Shown piece by piece: positions 25,001 through 36,213 of a stretch of 64,000 nucleotides of DNA. A program made the translations under genes and the position numbers. The first letter of the stretch is position 1. Each line of letters begins with the position of its first letter. The notes beneath the pieces were generated by a model. The model worked only from the letters and a program-made list of their open reading frames with translations, had not been told where the DNA came from and did not search any database. Origin of the DNA: Basidiobolus meristosporus CBS 931.73 (Eukaryota > Fungi > Basidiobolomycota); the NCBI GenBank assembly GCA_002104905.1, contig MCFE01000397.1, positions 17,806-81,805 on the forward strand. Reading direction: 5' to 3'.

Positions 25001-26550
25001 CCCAAGACTGTGAAAGAGACCCTAAATAGCCCTCAGATAGAGGTCTGGAGATCTGCAATGACTGAGGAATATTAGGCTCTGATGGAAAATGATACTTGAG
25101 TCTTAGTCAAATCACCAATCAACCAAATATCAATTGGATGCAGATGGGTCTTCAAGACAAAATACAAGGCTGATTGTAGAATTGGAAGATACAAAGCAAG
25201 ACTTGTGGCCAAAGAATACTCTTAAACAAAAGGACTTGACTATACTGAGACCTTTGTACCAGTAGCCAAGTTTAATTTCATCAGATTAATATTGGCTATT
25301 GCAGCCAAGTATAAGTTTTTATTCATTAATGGATGTAAACTGCATCTTTGAATGGAGAACTTGATGAAGACATGTATATGGACCAGCCTAATGGGTTTGT
25401 TGACCAAGATAACCCCCATTTGGTCTGCAAGCTTAAAAAGTCTCAATATGTTCTTAAACAATCACCAAGAGCCCGGAATAACAAGATAGATTCTTTTTTG
25501 GAATCTTGGAGATTCAAAAGGAGTAATGATGACTAAAGTATATACTATAAGCCAGATAGAGCAAATCCAGTTCTATTAGCTTCATATGTGGATGATCTTA
25601 TTATAGCTGCCAGTAACCTAGAAACATGGAAGAGACTAAATCCATGTTGTCTAAGGAGTTCAAGATATCCAATCTAAGAGAACTCAGTTGTTACTTAGGG
25701 ATTAAGTTATCCATAGATAGAAGTACCTAGAATATTGCCCTAACCCAATCCAAGTATATCCAGCATATACTAAAGAAATACCCAATGGATGACTGTAAAT
25801 CAGCAGCTACCCCAATGGAGACTAACCTTAACTTGGTCAAAACTCAACCAAATCAAGAGAGCTTGGTGCCATCTGAATGCCCTGGCTTTCCTTATCACTC
25901 TATAGTTGGTAGTCTGATGTATATCATGCTTGGAACATGTCCAGATATCTCATATTCAGAGGGAGTAGTCTGCCAACATAATCAGAACTATGGATCTGAC
26001 CATATTACAGCAGTTGAGCGGACTTTGGGATACCTAAAAGAAACTGCTGATACCTGCTTAATATATACTTATAATGATTCAGAACAGGATCTTGTGGGAT
26101 ACTCTGAAGCTGATTGGGGACAAGATTTGGAAGACAAAAGATCCACCACAGGATAACCCTTTCTTTATTATAAAGGAGCAATTTCATGGAACGCAAGAAA
26201 GCAACCAACTGTGGCACTTTCAGCCACAGAGACAGAGCATATGGCAGCCTGTGAAGCTACAAAAGAAGCAATGTAGTTAAGAAAGCTTTTTACAAATTTA
26301 GGCAAATGTCAAAAAACTCCTACTACTTTATTTCAAGATAATCAAGGATGTATATAATCAGATAGGAATCCAACTTTTCATGCTAGTACTAAGCTCATGG
26401 ATATTAGACATCATTTCATACTTGAAGCTATAGAGAATAAGTTAGTTAGCTTGGTTTACTGTCCTTCAGATGAAATGATTACAGACATATTTACCAAACC
26501 ATTAGCCAGAGACAAGTTTGAATATTTTATGTCAAAATTAGTGCTGGTCA
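22080..26550 (+). mobile_element. Decayed Copia family C2 copy a (gag, PR, IN, RT, RH fragments)
   Basis: CNYCKRKGH knuckle (~23260), WYIDSGAS (~23415), WHRRFGH, SDNGGE and RT/RH fragments; many stops; ends approximate. Confidence 0.8.
22440..23125 (-). mobile_element. Inverted C2 3' fragment (RNase H end plus LTR) embedded in the gag of C2 copy a
   Basis: Reverse complement of ~50880-51569; ORF 22708-23049 reads HIDIRHHFICEAIEN..FTKPLARDKF. Confidence 0.75.
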
Positions 26551-26697
26551 TTTAATCACATTTATCAATGATTATACAAGATACATGTGGGTCCACATTA
26601 TGGAGAGAAAGATAGAAGCTCTGTCTAAGTTCAGGAAGCTTAAAGCCTTGGTGGAGAGAGAAACTTGTGAAAAATTAAGAAAATATGCTCTAACAAT

Positions 26698-26908
26698 AGA
26701 CTTGTTCCATCATTCCAGCTGATCATAGTGCCCAATAGTGCCATAGCATGCCAGATGGTGCCTGATCATGCCACAGAGTGCCAGATGGTGCCATACAGTG
26801 CCAATTTGGGATCAAAATTGACATGCATATGACCCTAAAATATCAAATTAATAACAAAATATACAGCACTTTCTGGCACTATGATCGATGGCACAATGGA
26901 ACAAGTCT
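26698..26908. mobile_element. 211-bp MITE with 13-bp TIR AGACTTGTTCCAT and 3-bp TSD AAT
   Basis: Perfect TIRs at 26698-26710 and 26896-26908; AAT at 26695-26697 and 26909-26911; internal ~10-bp-period GCCA repeats; same termini as 45933-46665. Confidence 0.85.
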
Positions 26909-27355
26909 AATGCCCAATGAAAAATTATTGAGAAGACCCCATCAAAAGGCTGGCATAAAGTTAATGTCCCATGACTGAGAGGTACTGATCTTGTCAGGAC
27001 ACTGTCCAGAGACCATTGAAAAATAATCACACCCTAGATTTCACAAAAAACTTTGTCAAAATTTTTCATCACAACAATGTATAGTGGCTTTGATTGGTTC
27101 CCTGCCAACTTGCTCACTTTCTGATCCTGGACACTCTATTGCCTCCTATGTTTATGTGAGTTGATTAGCTATTGCCTCTTTTCAACACTTCTTACTTCTT
27201 GACTCAACCATTTCTCTTACTTTTCATGCTTACAAATTGATTTATTTCCATTGAAACTTCAGTTGTACCTCAGTTGCCAATTGTATTGACCTATACAAGT
27301 CTCTAAACCCTACACTAACATTAAGTCCAACCCCACACTCAACAAGTAACTCCAT

Positions 27356-29310
27356 TTAAATCCACCACTGAATAAGTATTTCTGCTGTAATGCACTGGTT
27401 CCACAACTTTGGCAGGAACCCAACAGCTTTATGCCACTGTTCATTCACTGGTTCCCACACATCCTGGTCTTCAGCTGGCACTGCAAGGTCTAGCTCCTCA
27501 TTTGCCAGTCTTTGCAATAAATCCTTGCAATATTCCAGTGCGTTTTCATGAGCACTGCTCTTGAAGAGGTGCTGCAACCTCTTGGTGTGCCTATTAATGT
27601 TCCAAAACTCCACTGAAGGCATTGTGATAGTCTTTTGAGCTCTCAATGTTGTAGCATTGTCTGTCAGTGGGATCTCCACTCTGTCAACAATGGAGGCTGT
27701 GGAGGCTGTGGTAGACATATTGTTTTTTTCAGCAAACTCATCTACCTTGCTGGAGTGTAGCTCAACTGGCTGTGCTTCCAACTCTTGTGAAAACAGCTGT
27801 TTTTTTGTTGGTAATTTTTCTTGGCTATGATGGGATTCAGTCTGTTCCTGGCTTGCAGCATTAATTGGCAAGAAGTGCAGTTTTTTTTTCATGCCTCCCT
27901 GTCTCAGGCTTAGGCAGATATTTTTCCCTTAACCTTTTCCTTTATCACTGCCAGGTCTTTCACTGCTACTTTGTCTGAGTGCTTCTTGTAAAGAACTACG
28001 TTTTCTCCTGGATAAATTCTGCTTGGACCCATCTGTTTTGGCCTGCTTGTCACTTGCTGGCACTCTTCTGGTAACCTGACGTTTCTTTTCAGCTTGTATT
28101 GAGCTCTCAACTGTAGTTGTGATGGGCTCCTGTAAAAGTAGCTGGTTTTTATCACTGCCAGGTTCTTCACTGCTAATTTGACTGGGTGCTTCTTGAGTGG
28201 TACTACGCTTTTTCCTCAATAAATTTTGTGCTGGTGCATCCATGTCTGCCTGCTTGTCCTCAATTGGTACTCTTCCAGCTGCCTGACGTCTCTTTGACGC
28301 TTGTCTGGAGCTTTTGGCTCTGCTTGTAACAGGCTCTTGAGGAAGCCGCTGGTTTTTAGCCATGGCACCCTTGTTCTTCTGCCTTTGATAGTTTCTGCTA
28401 TTCTTAAGATACTTTCTTAGCATACCAATGCTGGCCCAAAATCTGTTTGCCTGCTTGAATCCAGGATAATGCTCATGGAACAAGTCCAGTGCATTCTGCT
28501 TGGCCTTGAGTTCCTGATGGTCCCATGGTATGCCAGCCTTAAGGTGATGGCATGCTAGACTTCTGATGGCCTCTTGTATATTGGCCCACTCTTCATTATT
28601 GCACTCAACGGCTTCACGGATCTTCAATGACTTTTGATTTTTAGGCTTTGGTATAAACACCCATTGTCTCCCTCTCATGCTGTGATAAGCTTTTCCGTGG
28701 GCTTTATCTTTGGGCACTGTTGTTGTGCTTCAAAGGCTGTACAGTGTTCCTCTGCTGTTACATTGGGAAATGGCTCAATTCTTGGCTGTGACATTGAGCC
28801 ACTTGAGTTCCTTCTTTGCAGCAAAGTTACTGCTTTCTCTACCTGGGATTTTGATTGCTCTACATGTATTATTCACTCATCCTGTTTCTGGACTACTTCC
28901 TGATTTCTCTGGGCCATTGCATCTATCCTATCAGCCACTGCACCTAATTGCTTCATTAATGCTTTAGTATGAGCTGACAACATACTTGCTAATATAGGTG
29001 GTGGTGATGTTATCATGGCCACTTGCTGATCTTCAACAGAGGGTACTGCATTTGCTACATTCTCATCTGCCTGAGCATAGCGGTCAGCTTGTGGCTCTGC
29101 AGAGGTTCTCAAATGCCTACTTGACTGAGAGCCTGAGGAGTCAGCATTATTACCTTCAATGTGCACACTGTCCACAGGGCCTTTTTTGAATGTAGCCCTG
29201 CTTGTTGCACTGAATGTCAAAGCAAGCTGTTGTCCAACTGTTCTTCTGTTGCTGTCAGAGGTGGGGTTTGGTTGAGAACCAGACAACTTTGCTTTATTTT
29301 TTGGCAGCAT
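27356..29310 (-). pseudogene. Accessory ORF of CMC copy D, divergent from the transposase; function unknown
   Basis: ORF pieces 28873-29310, 27929-28717 and 27356-27892; helical Trp motif IRSLACHHLKAGIPWDHQ..YPGF..W..MLRKYLKN; homologous decayed region at 60-1450. Confidence 0.65.
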
Positions 29311-31356
29311 ATATATGGAAGTGTGTCAAACCAAAGGGGAAATTGTGTTACATATACGTGTGCATGTGGTGCCACAACTTTATTTATAATGCTTACTATG
29401 GTGGGTCATCATTGAATCTTACATTCATGCAAGTGCAATGTCTCAAATACAAGACTGTCTTGAGTTCACATGAGTATTGACCAAAAAGTGATATAATTGC
29501 GTTACGTTGTTGAAGGTCAAACTGTTTGCCCCATAGACAAGACTACTTTGACTCAACACCGTAAGAGAAGAGAAAAAAGACCATGTGGCTATTGTGGCAA
29601 TCCTCTCAGCCATGAAGCACGCAGACAGCATAGGGAGTATTACAAGGATCACGGCCAGTGTTTTGCCAGCCAAGTCATATTTGACCATTCATTGGTCACC
29701 ACTGTAATAACATTATCTTGCTGGCCAGCTGATACTTCTATATTGGCACCTGGCCATCTTTGTCACCTTGCACAAACTGAGTCAGGTGAGTTTGTGATGC
29801 CTTTAGGCTCACCTCAGCCTTCTGAATATGGCATACAGAGTGATAGCTCTGACAAAGAAGGCTCACTGATGGATTTTGAGCCTATCTCCCTTAGCAACAG
29901 TACCACATATGAGCCTGGTCAAATCCCTATATGCAATGAGACAACACCTGTTGAAACAAATGCCAAGGATACTTTATGGAGCCAAGTGAGCCCAGTAGTC
30001 CATCTACTGGTGAATGATGTGATGATGTGGCTAGAGAAGTGGCGCATTTCCACTAATATCAGTAATGGGGGCTTTGAGGATTTATTACTACTTGTTGCCA
30101 AAATTGTACTGGGATGCAACTTACCATGTACATGGCACAAGTGGACAACTGTCATGCAGCTGGCAACATATAATCCAGAGACTGTCCTGATTTCAGCATG
30201 TGTTAACAGTTGCATGGCATTCATATCCAAAATGCTACCATTGCAATGTGCCCAAATTGTCAGGAATCCACCACCATTGAGGGAAAACATTGTTCACACT
30301 TCAGATATATTCCGGTCATACCCCATCTGAGGAAGCTGATATACTCCAACAAATATTGCAAAGCTATACAGTACCGCACTCAGTATCAATTAAGTGCAAA
30401 CATTTCTAATATATTTGATGGCAAACATTACAAATAGCTAAGAAGCAAGGGCTACTTTGAAGGTATGTATGACCATGCCATTGCTTTAGCACTTGATGGA
30501 TTCTCATTAAACAAGTACTCTACCAGCAAATTCTGCTGTCCACTGATTCTCATCAATCTTAATCTGCTGCCCATCTCACAGTGTCAGAGCAATAATCTGA
30601 TGGTAGTCTCACTGGTGTGTGGGCCTAAATCACTGTCTAACCTGGATAGCTACCTGTATCCATTCCTGATTGAATTTTGTATGCATTCCAGCAGGATAAC
30701 AGTAAATGGTTGTCATGTAAAAGTGCATATTACTATCTGCATTGGAGATACCCCAGCCATCAGCAAGAAAGCAGGTTTTTCCGGGCATAATGGACGGTAT
30801 TGCTGTTGAATGTGTGAGATTCAGGGGAATTACTGTCATGATCACATGACAACCATGAACACCCATGCCAAGTTTCAGCTTCCTAGCTCAATATCTAAGA
30901 GATTCCTTCTGGAACCTTCTACCACCTTCCAGAAAGTTCCTGACCATTCCAAACCATAGTTACACAATGGAACATTCCATGGAAGCTTTCCATTGTATTT
31001 TTCATAGTCAAGTACCATATAAGGAAATACCAGATCACATGACTTAGTCACTTGATTAGGTGACCCAATCCATTTCCCCATCCTGTCTCTGTACCATGTC
31101 ATCTATGTCATTATCCCCAGCACCATTGCTGTGCCTCACCCCACAACCCCATTAGTATTAGCTAATATCTCTTGGCATCAGTATAGCCAAAAAGTATATA
31201 TAGTCCTACCCCCCCTTAAGTATTCCTCAGTCTGATAAACACAGGTCTTGAATAAACAGCCTTGCCTTGAATCCTGCCTTGTCTTGATGGTCCACACCTA
31301 AGTCCTTTCCTGCCATGCCTAGCTTTTCCTCCTGCCTTGTGTCTATTCATAACAGT

Positions 31357-31367
31357 TTTATCAGACT
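31357..31367 (+). promoter_or_regulatory. Self-priming PBS TTTATCAGACT, complementary to LTR 31229-31239
   Basis: No TGG tRNA-type PBS; exact 11-nt complement AGTCTGATAAA lies ~27 nt downstream of TATATATA (31195-31202). Confidence 0.8.
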
Positions 31368-31760
31368 CTCCTGACTTACCTGTGGATCCCTGCCTTCTGC
31401 CCAAAGTTTGAAGAAAACTTGTAAAAGGAATACTCACCGTAAGTATCACCCATCATCTTTCCCTAGTCTTGTCCTATAAAGGCAAAGATACTTTATCTTT
31501 GTAAAACTATTGGTCAAAGCTGCATTCACTTTATTACCCTGCTGGTGGAGTTTACAGTTGTTACAGTATTGGAAGCTTTAGTGCAATACTCTATCAAAGG
31601 ACGTCAAAACCAGTACCTTCTGAAGTGACGCTAACTTATTTAAGTTGGGGATTGTGGCTCAATAGATGTATGCTTGGCATACTAGTGGCTTTACAAACCC
31701 ACAATCTAGTTTAGTATATTCCAGTATTCCTTGCAAGTTCATCCGCCTTCCTTGGCTACC

Positions 31761-32693
31761 ATGTCCAACCTAGAGCTGAACTTTGCCCAGCTCATGGCTG
31801 CCTTTACCCAACTGCAGCAAGACCATGCAGACCTCAGAAACACTCTTGCTCAGTTCCAGAACCAAAGTGTCCAGCAAACTAGCCATGTCCCAGTCTACTA
31901 AGAACCCAAGTATACTCCTGCTACCAAGTTCAATGGCTCTCAGAATGAATTCCGTGGCTTCATCAACATGGTGAAGAACAATCTTGCACTCCAGCCCAAC
32001 CGGTACACCACTGACCAGGCCAAAGCTGGTTTCATCTCCAACCTGCATACTGGTACTGCTCTCAAGTGTTTCTCCCCATTAGTGGAGACCAACTCTCCCC
32101 TCCTCAGAGACTACCAAGCTTTTCTCACTGAAATGGAGCTAACATTTTGTAACCTTGACCAAGCCAGAACTGCTGCCAACAAGATCAAGACCCTCAAGCA
32201 AGGGAACAAACCAGCATCAGTCTAAGCCTCAGAATTCTGACAACTCTCCAGTGACCTCAGCTCCTGGGGTCAAGCAGCCTTGATTAGCCAATTCCAAGAT
32301 GGCCTCAATGATGAAGTTTGTGATCTACTACTCACACTCCCAGATTGAGATACATTGGTTGAAGCTATGCACCAAGCAATCCGGTGTGATAACAGACTAT
32401 TCCAGAAGAAGCAAAAGAACCGTCAAAGACACATTCCTGTTGCAGTCCCAGCCCCTCCTGCCCCCCAAGTCACTCCAGAAGATCCTATGCAGATTGATAG
32501 TACCAAATACAGGAAACTATCAAAGAGTGAAAAGTCCAGACGTCAACAAGCCAACCTCTGTCTATACTGTGGCCAACCAGGTCACTTTGCCAAGTCCTGC
32601 CCCAACAAGAAGTCCAGCTTCAAGCTGATGCAGTCCTCCAGTAACCAACCTGACTCAGATCTGTTGGGAAACTCCAATGTCCAGTTGCACTGA
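31761..32693 (+). pseudogene. G1 gag (in-frame stops)
   Basis: MSNLELNFAQ start; PMQID motif; knuckle CLYCGQPGHFAKSC. Confidence 0.85.
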
Positions 32694-32710
32694 CAGGCTT
32701 GCAACTGGAC
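32666..32710 (+). promoter_or_regulatory. -1 ribosomal frameshift signal: G GGA AAC, 6-nt spacer, 11-bp hairpin
   Basis: Heptamer 32666-32672 is in gag phase; GTCCAGTTGCA (32679-32689) pairs with TGCAACTGGAC (32700-32710); pol is in the -1 frame. Confidence 0.85.
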
Positions 32711-35700
32711 CCACCCATGAAAATCCAGCATATCCAAGAATCTTCCTTTGCCACAAAATCTATCCAGACCTTGAGAAAGCCAGTCAAAATCCAGATCCCT
32801 GACTCCAGTCCTGTCCCAGTCCTAGCCCTGATTGATTCCAGTGCTTCATCCTGTTTCATTGACCAAACCTTTGTCCAGAAGCACTCTATTCCTGTTACCT
32901 TGAGATCCTGTCCAGTCCAAGTAGAAGTTATTGATGGAAGATCACTCTCCTCTGGTGCTGTTACCCATGAAACATGCTTACTTCAGCTGCCCAGTACTGC
33001 TCATCAAGAAAGAATTGCCTTCAACATCATCAACTCACCACACTATCCTATTGTGCTTGGAAGCTCATGGCTGAGCTACCACAATCCAAGTATTCATTGG
33101 AAATCCAAGATCCTGTCATTCACCAGATCCCACCAAGTCAACTCCATGAAATCTCCAGACCCTGATAACCGTGAAAAGACTGTTGCCAACAGTTCAACAG
33201 CCCAAGATACCTTGCCAGCTGAAGGAGCCCCCTCAGCAAACATACCAGCCAAGTACCAAGAGTTTGCCCATGTCTTTGACAAGAAGAAAGCAGAACCCCT
33301 CCCGGACCATCAGCCTTATGACTACCCTATTGACCTTGAAGATGGAAAAGTCCCTCCATTTGGCCAAATGTATAACCTCTCCCAGCCGGAGTTGAAAGAA
33401 CTCCATGGTTATATTGAAGAAAACCTCCAGAAGGGTTTTATTCAGCACTCCAAATCACCTGCTGGAGCCCCAATCCTCTTTGTCAAGAAGAAGGATGGCA
33501 CACTCAGAATGTGTGTGGACTACTGTGCTCTGAATAAGACCACAGTCAAGAACCGCTACCCCCTGCCCCTGATCAACACACTGTTGGATCAGCTATCTGC
33601 TGCTCAAGTCTTCACCAAGATTGACTTGAGAGGAGCTTACAATCTTGACAGAATCAAGCCTGGTGATGAATGGAAAACTGCCTTTTGCACAAGATATGGT
33701 CACTTTGAGTACAAAGTAATGCCATTTGGCCTCACCAATGCCCCTGCAGTGTTTCAACACCTCATGAATGACATATTTTGTGAATACCTTGATCAGTTTG
33801 TGGTAATCTACCTTGATGATATTCTCATATACTCCAAGAGCCAAGATGAACATGATGAACATGTCAAGAAAGTATTGAGAAAACTAGACTCTGCTGGTCT
33901 TTATGCCAAGCTAGAGAAGTGTGAATTTGACCAGAGAGAAGTGGAATCTCTTGGTTACCTCATCAGCCCTGAGGGAACAAGAATGGACCCAAAGAAAGTT
34001 GACTCAGTCCAATCCTGGAAAACTCCAAGCTCAGTCAAGGAAGTAAAATCCTTCCTGGGATTTTCCAACTTCTATTGCAGGTTCATAGCCAACTACTCCA
34101 AGATAATCACCCCTCTAACAAAGCTTACCCAGAAGAACACACCTTTTGCCTGGAATGAGGAGCAATCCAGCTCATTCAACCAACTCAAGAAATCTTTCCT
34201 GAAGGCCCCTCTACTTGCCCACCCTGACCTTGAGAAGCAATTCATAGTGGAGACTGATGCTTCTGATTTTGCCCTTGGTGCCATACTCTCCCAATATGAT
34301 GAGGACAATGTGTTGCACCCCAATGCATTCTACTCTTGCAAGTTTTCCCCTGCAGAGATCAACTATGATATCTATGATAAGGAGTTGCTTGCCATCATTG
34401 TAGCCTTTGAGCAATGGAGACACTACCTGGACGGTGCAAAACACAAAATCAAAGTCTTCTGTGACCATTAGAACTTTGAGTACTTTGCAACTTCCAAAGT
34501 ACTAAACCGGAGACAAGCCAGATGGTCACTCTTCATGTCCAGCTTTGACTTTACTATCACCTATAGACCTGGTGCAAAACAAGGAAAGCCTGATGCCCTG
34601 TCCAGAAAAAAGGTATATGCCCTGGAAGAGGGAGATGATGCCTGTTGGCAAATGGAACACCCATTGCTGAGCAAGAAACATTTTGAGATTCTTGCCACCC
34701 AGTCCTCAAGTCTTGTCATCCCTTCATTCCTAGTAAGGATATCAGAATCCCAAGCCTCTGATATGACTTCCAGCACCATCACAAAATATCTGGAATCCCC
34801 AGTTGCACCCCCTTCCAAGTTCCCAAACATCCAGAACCTGCATTTGGTAAACAACCTCATCTACCACAAGCAGCAGCTTTATGTCCCAGACCTTGCCACC
34901 CAGCTAGACATCATTAAGTCTTGGCATGATTCAATGGCTACAGGCCACTTTGGTACTGCCAAAACCTTGAATGCTATCAAAAGAGATTTCTGGTGGCCTA
35001 GAATGATAACTCTTATCAAAGAGTACATTCTGACTTGTGATATTTGCAACCATTCAAAACCAGCCAGACACCAGCCCTATGGACTTCTTCAGCCCCTGCC
35101 TATCCCAGAACACCAATGGAGGTCTATATCTATGGACTTCATTACCAACCTCCCAGAGTCATGTGGCTTCAACACTATACTTGTAGTGGCTGACCAGCTG
35201 ACCAAGATGGCTCACTTTATCCCTTGCTGTAAGAACACTGATGCAAAAGAAACTGCTGCTTTAGTGCTGAAAAACATTTTCCACCTTCATGGTATCCCCA
35301 GTGATATTGTGTCAGATAGAGGCCCACAGTTTGTGTCCAAGTTTTGGAAACACTTCATGCAATACCTTGGTGTTCAAGTCAAGCTCTCTACTGCCTTCCA
35401 TCCACAGTCTGATGGCCAGACTGAAAGAATCAACCAGATTCTAGAGCCATACCTCCGGTGCTATATCAATTACCAGCAAGACAATTGGGTTGATCTACTC
35501 CCTGTTGCTGAGTTAGCCTACAACAACTCAAGCCATAGTGCAACCGGTTTTACACCATTCTATGCAAACTATGGACTCCACCCTCAGTTTGCTATCCAGA
35601 TTCCAACAAACCCAATGAGCCCACATGCGGCTGAACATGCCCAAGCAATCCAGGACATCCAGAATACCCTCAAGGAAGAACTATCCTTAGCTCAGGAACG

Positions 35701-36213
35701 CTACAAGAAATTTGCCAATCTAAAACAGCATCCCAGCCCTGATCTTAATGAAGGAGATTCTGTATGGCTGCTCAGAAGAAACATCAGCACCAACTGCCCT
35801 TGTGACAAATTGGATTTCAAGAAACCTGGTCCTTTCACAATCAAGAAGAAGCTTAGCCCTATAGTATATCAGCTACAGTTACCAGCAAGTATGAAAATCC
35901 ATGATACTTTCCATGTGTCCCTCCTGGAGCTGTATTGTAGGAACACCTTGCCAAACTGGCAAGAAGCAAAGCCCAAGCTATCCAGGTTGACCAACATCAA
36001 GAATTTGAAGTTAAACAGATTCTAGACTCTAAGTATATCCGGTCAAAGCTGCACTACTTAGTAGACTGGATTGGTTATGGCCCAAGTGACCAAACATGGG
36101 AACCAGCTACCCATCTCACTAATTGTCAAGAACTAGTTATCCAGTTCCACCAACAATATCCTGCAAAACCTGCCCCAAAGGGAAAAAGAGCTTTGCCTGG
36201 AAGAGGAGAGTAG
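32699..36213 (+). pseudogene. G1 pol (PR, RT, RH, IN, chromodomain); one stop at 34471 and a frameshift near 35970
   Basis: ALIDSSAS, YLDDILIYS, VETDASDF, ISMDFIT, SDRGPQF, QTERINQ; ends with EFEV..ILDS..HYLVDWIGYGPSDQTWEP. Confidence 0.88.

Noticed and set aside
26730-26805. CRISPR-like or minisatellite array
   Set aside because: Units are ~10 bp with no unique spacers and lie inside a TIR/TSD-bounded MITE.
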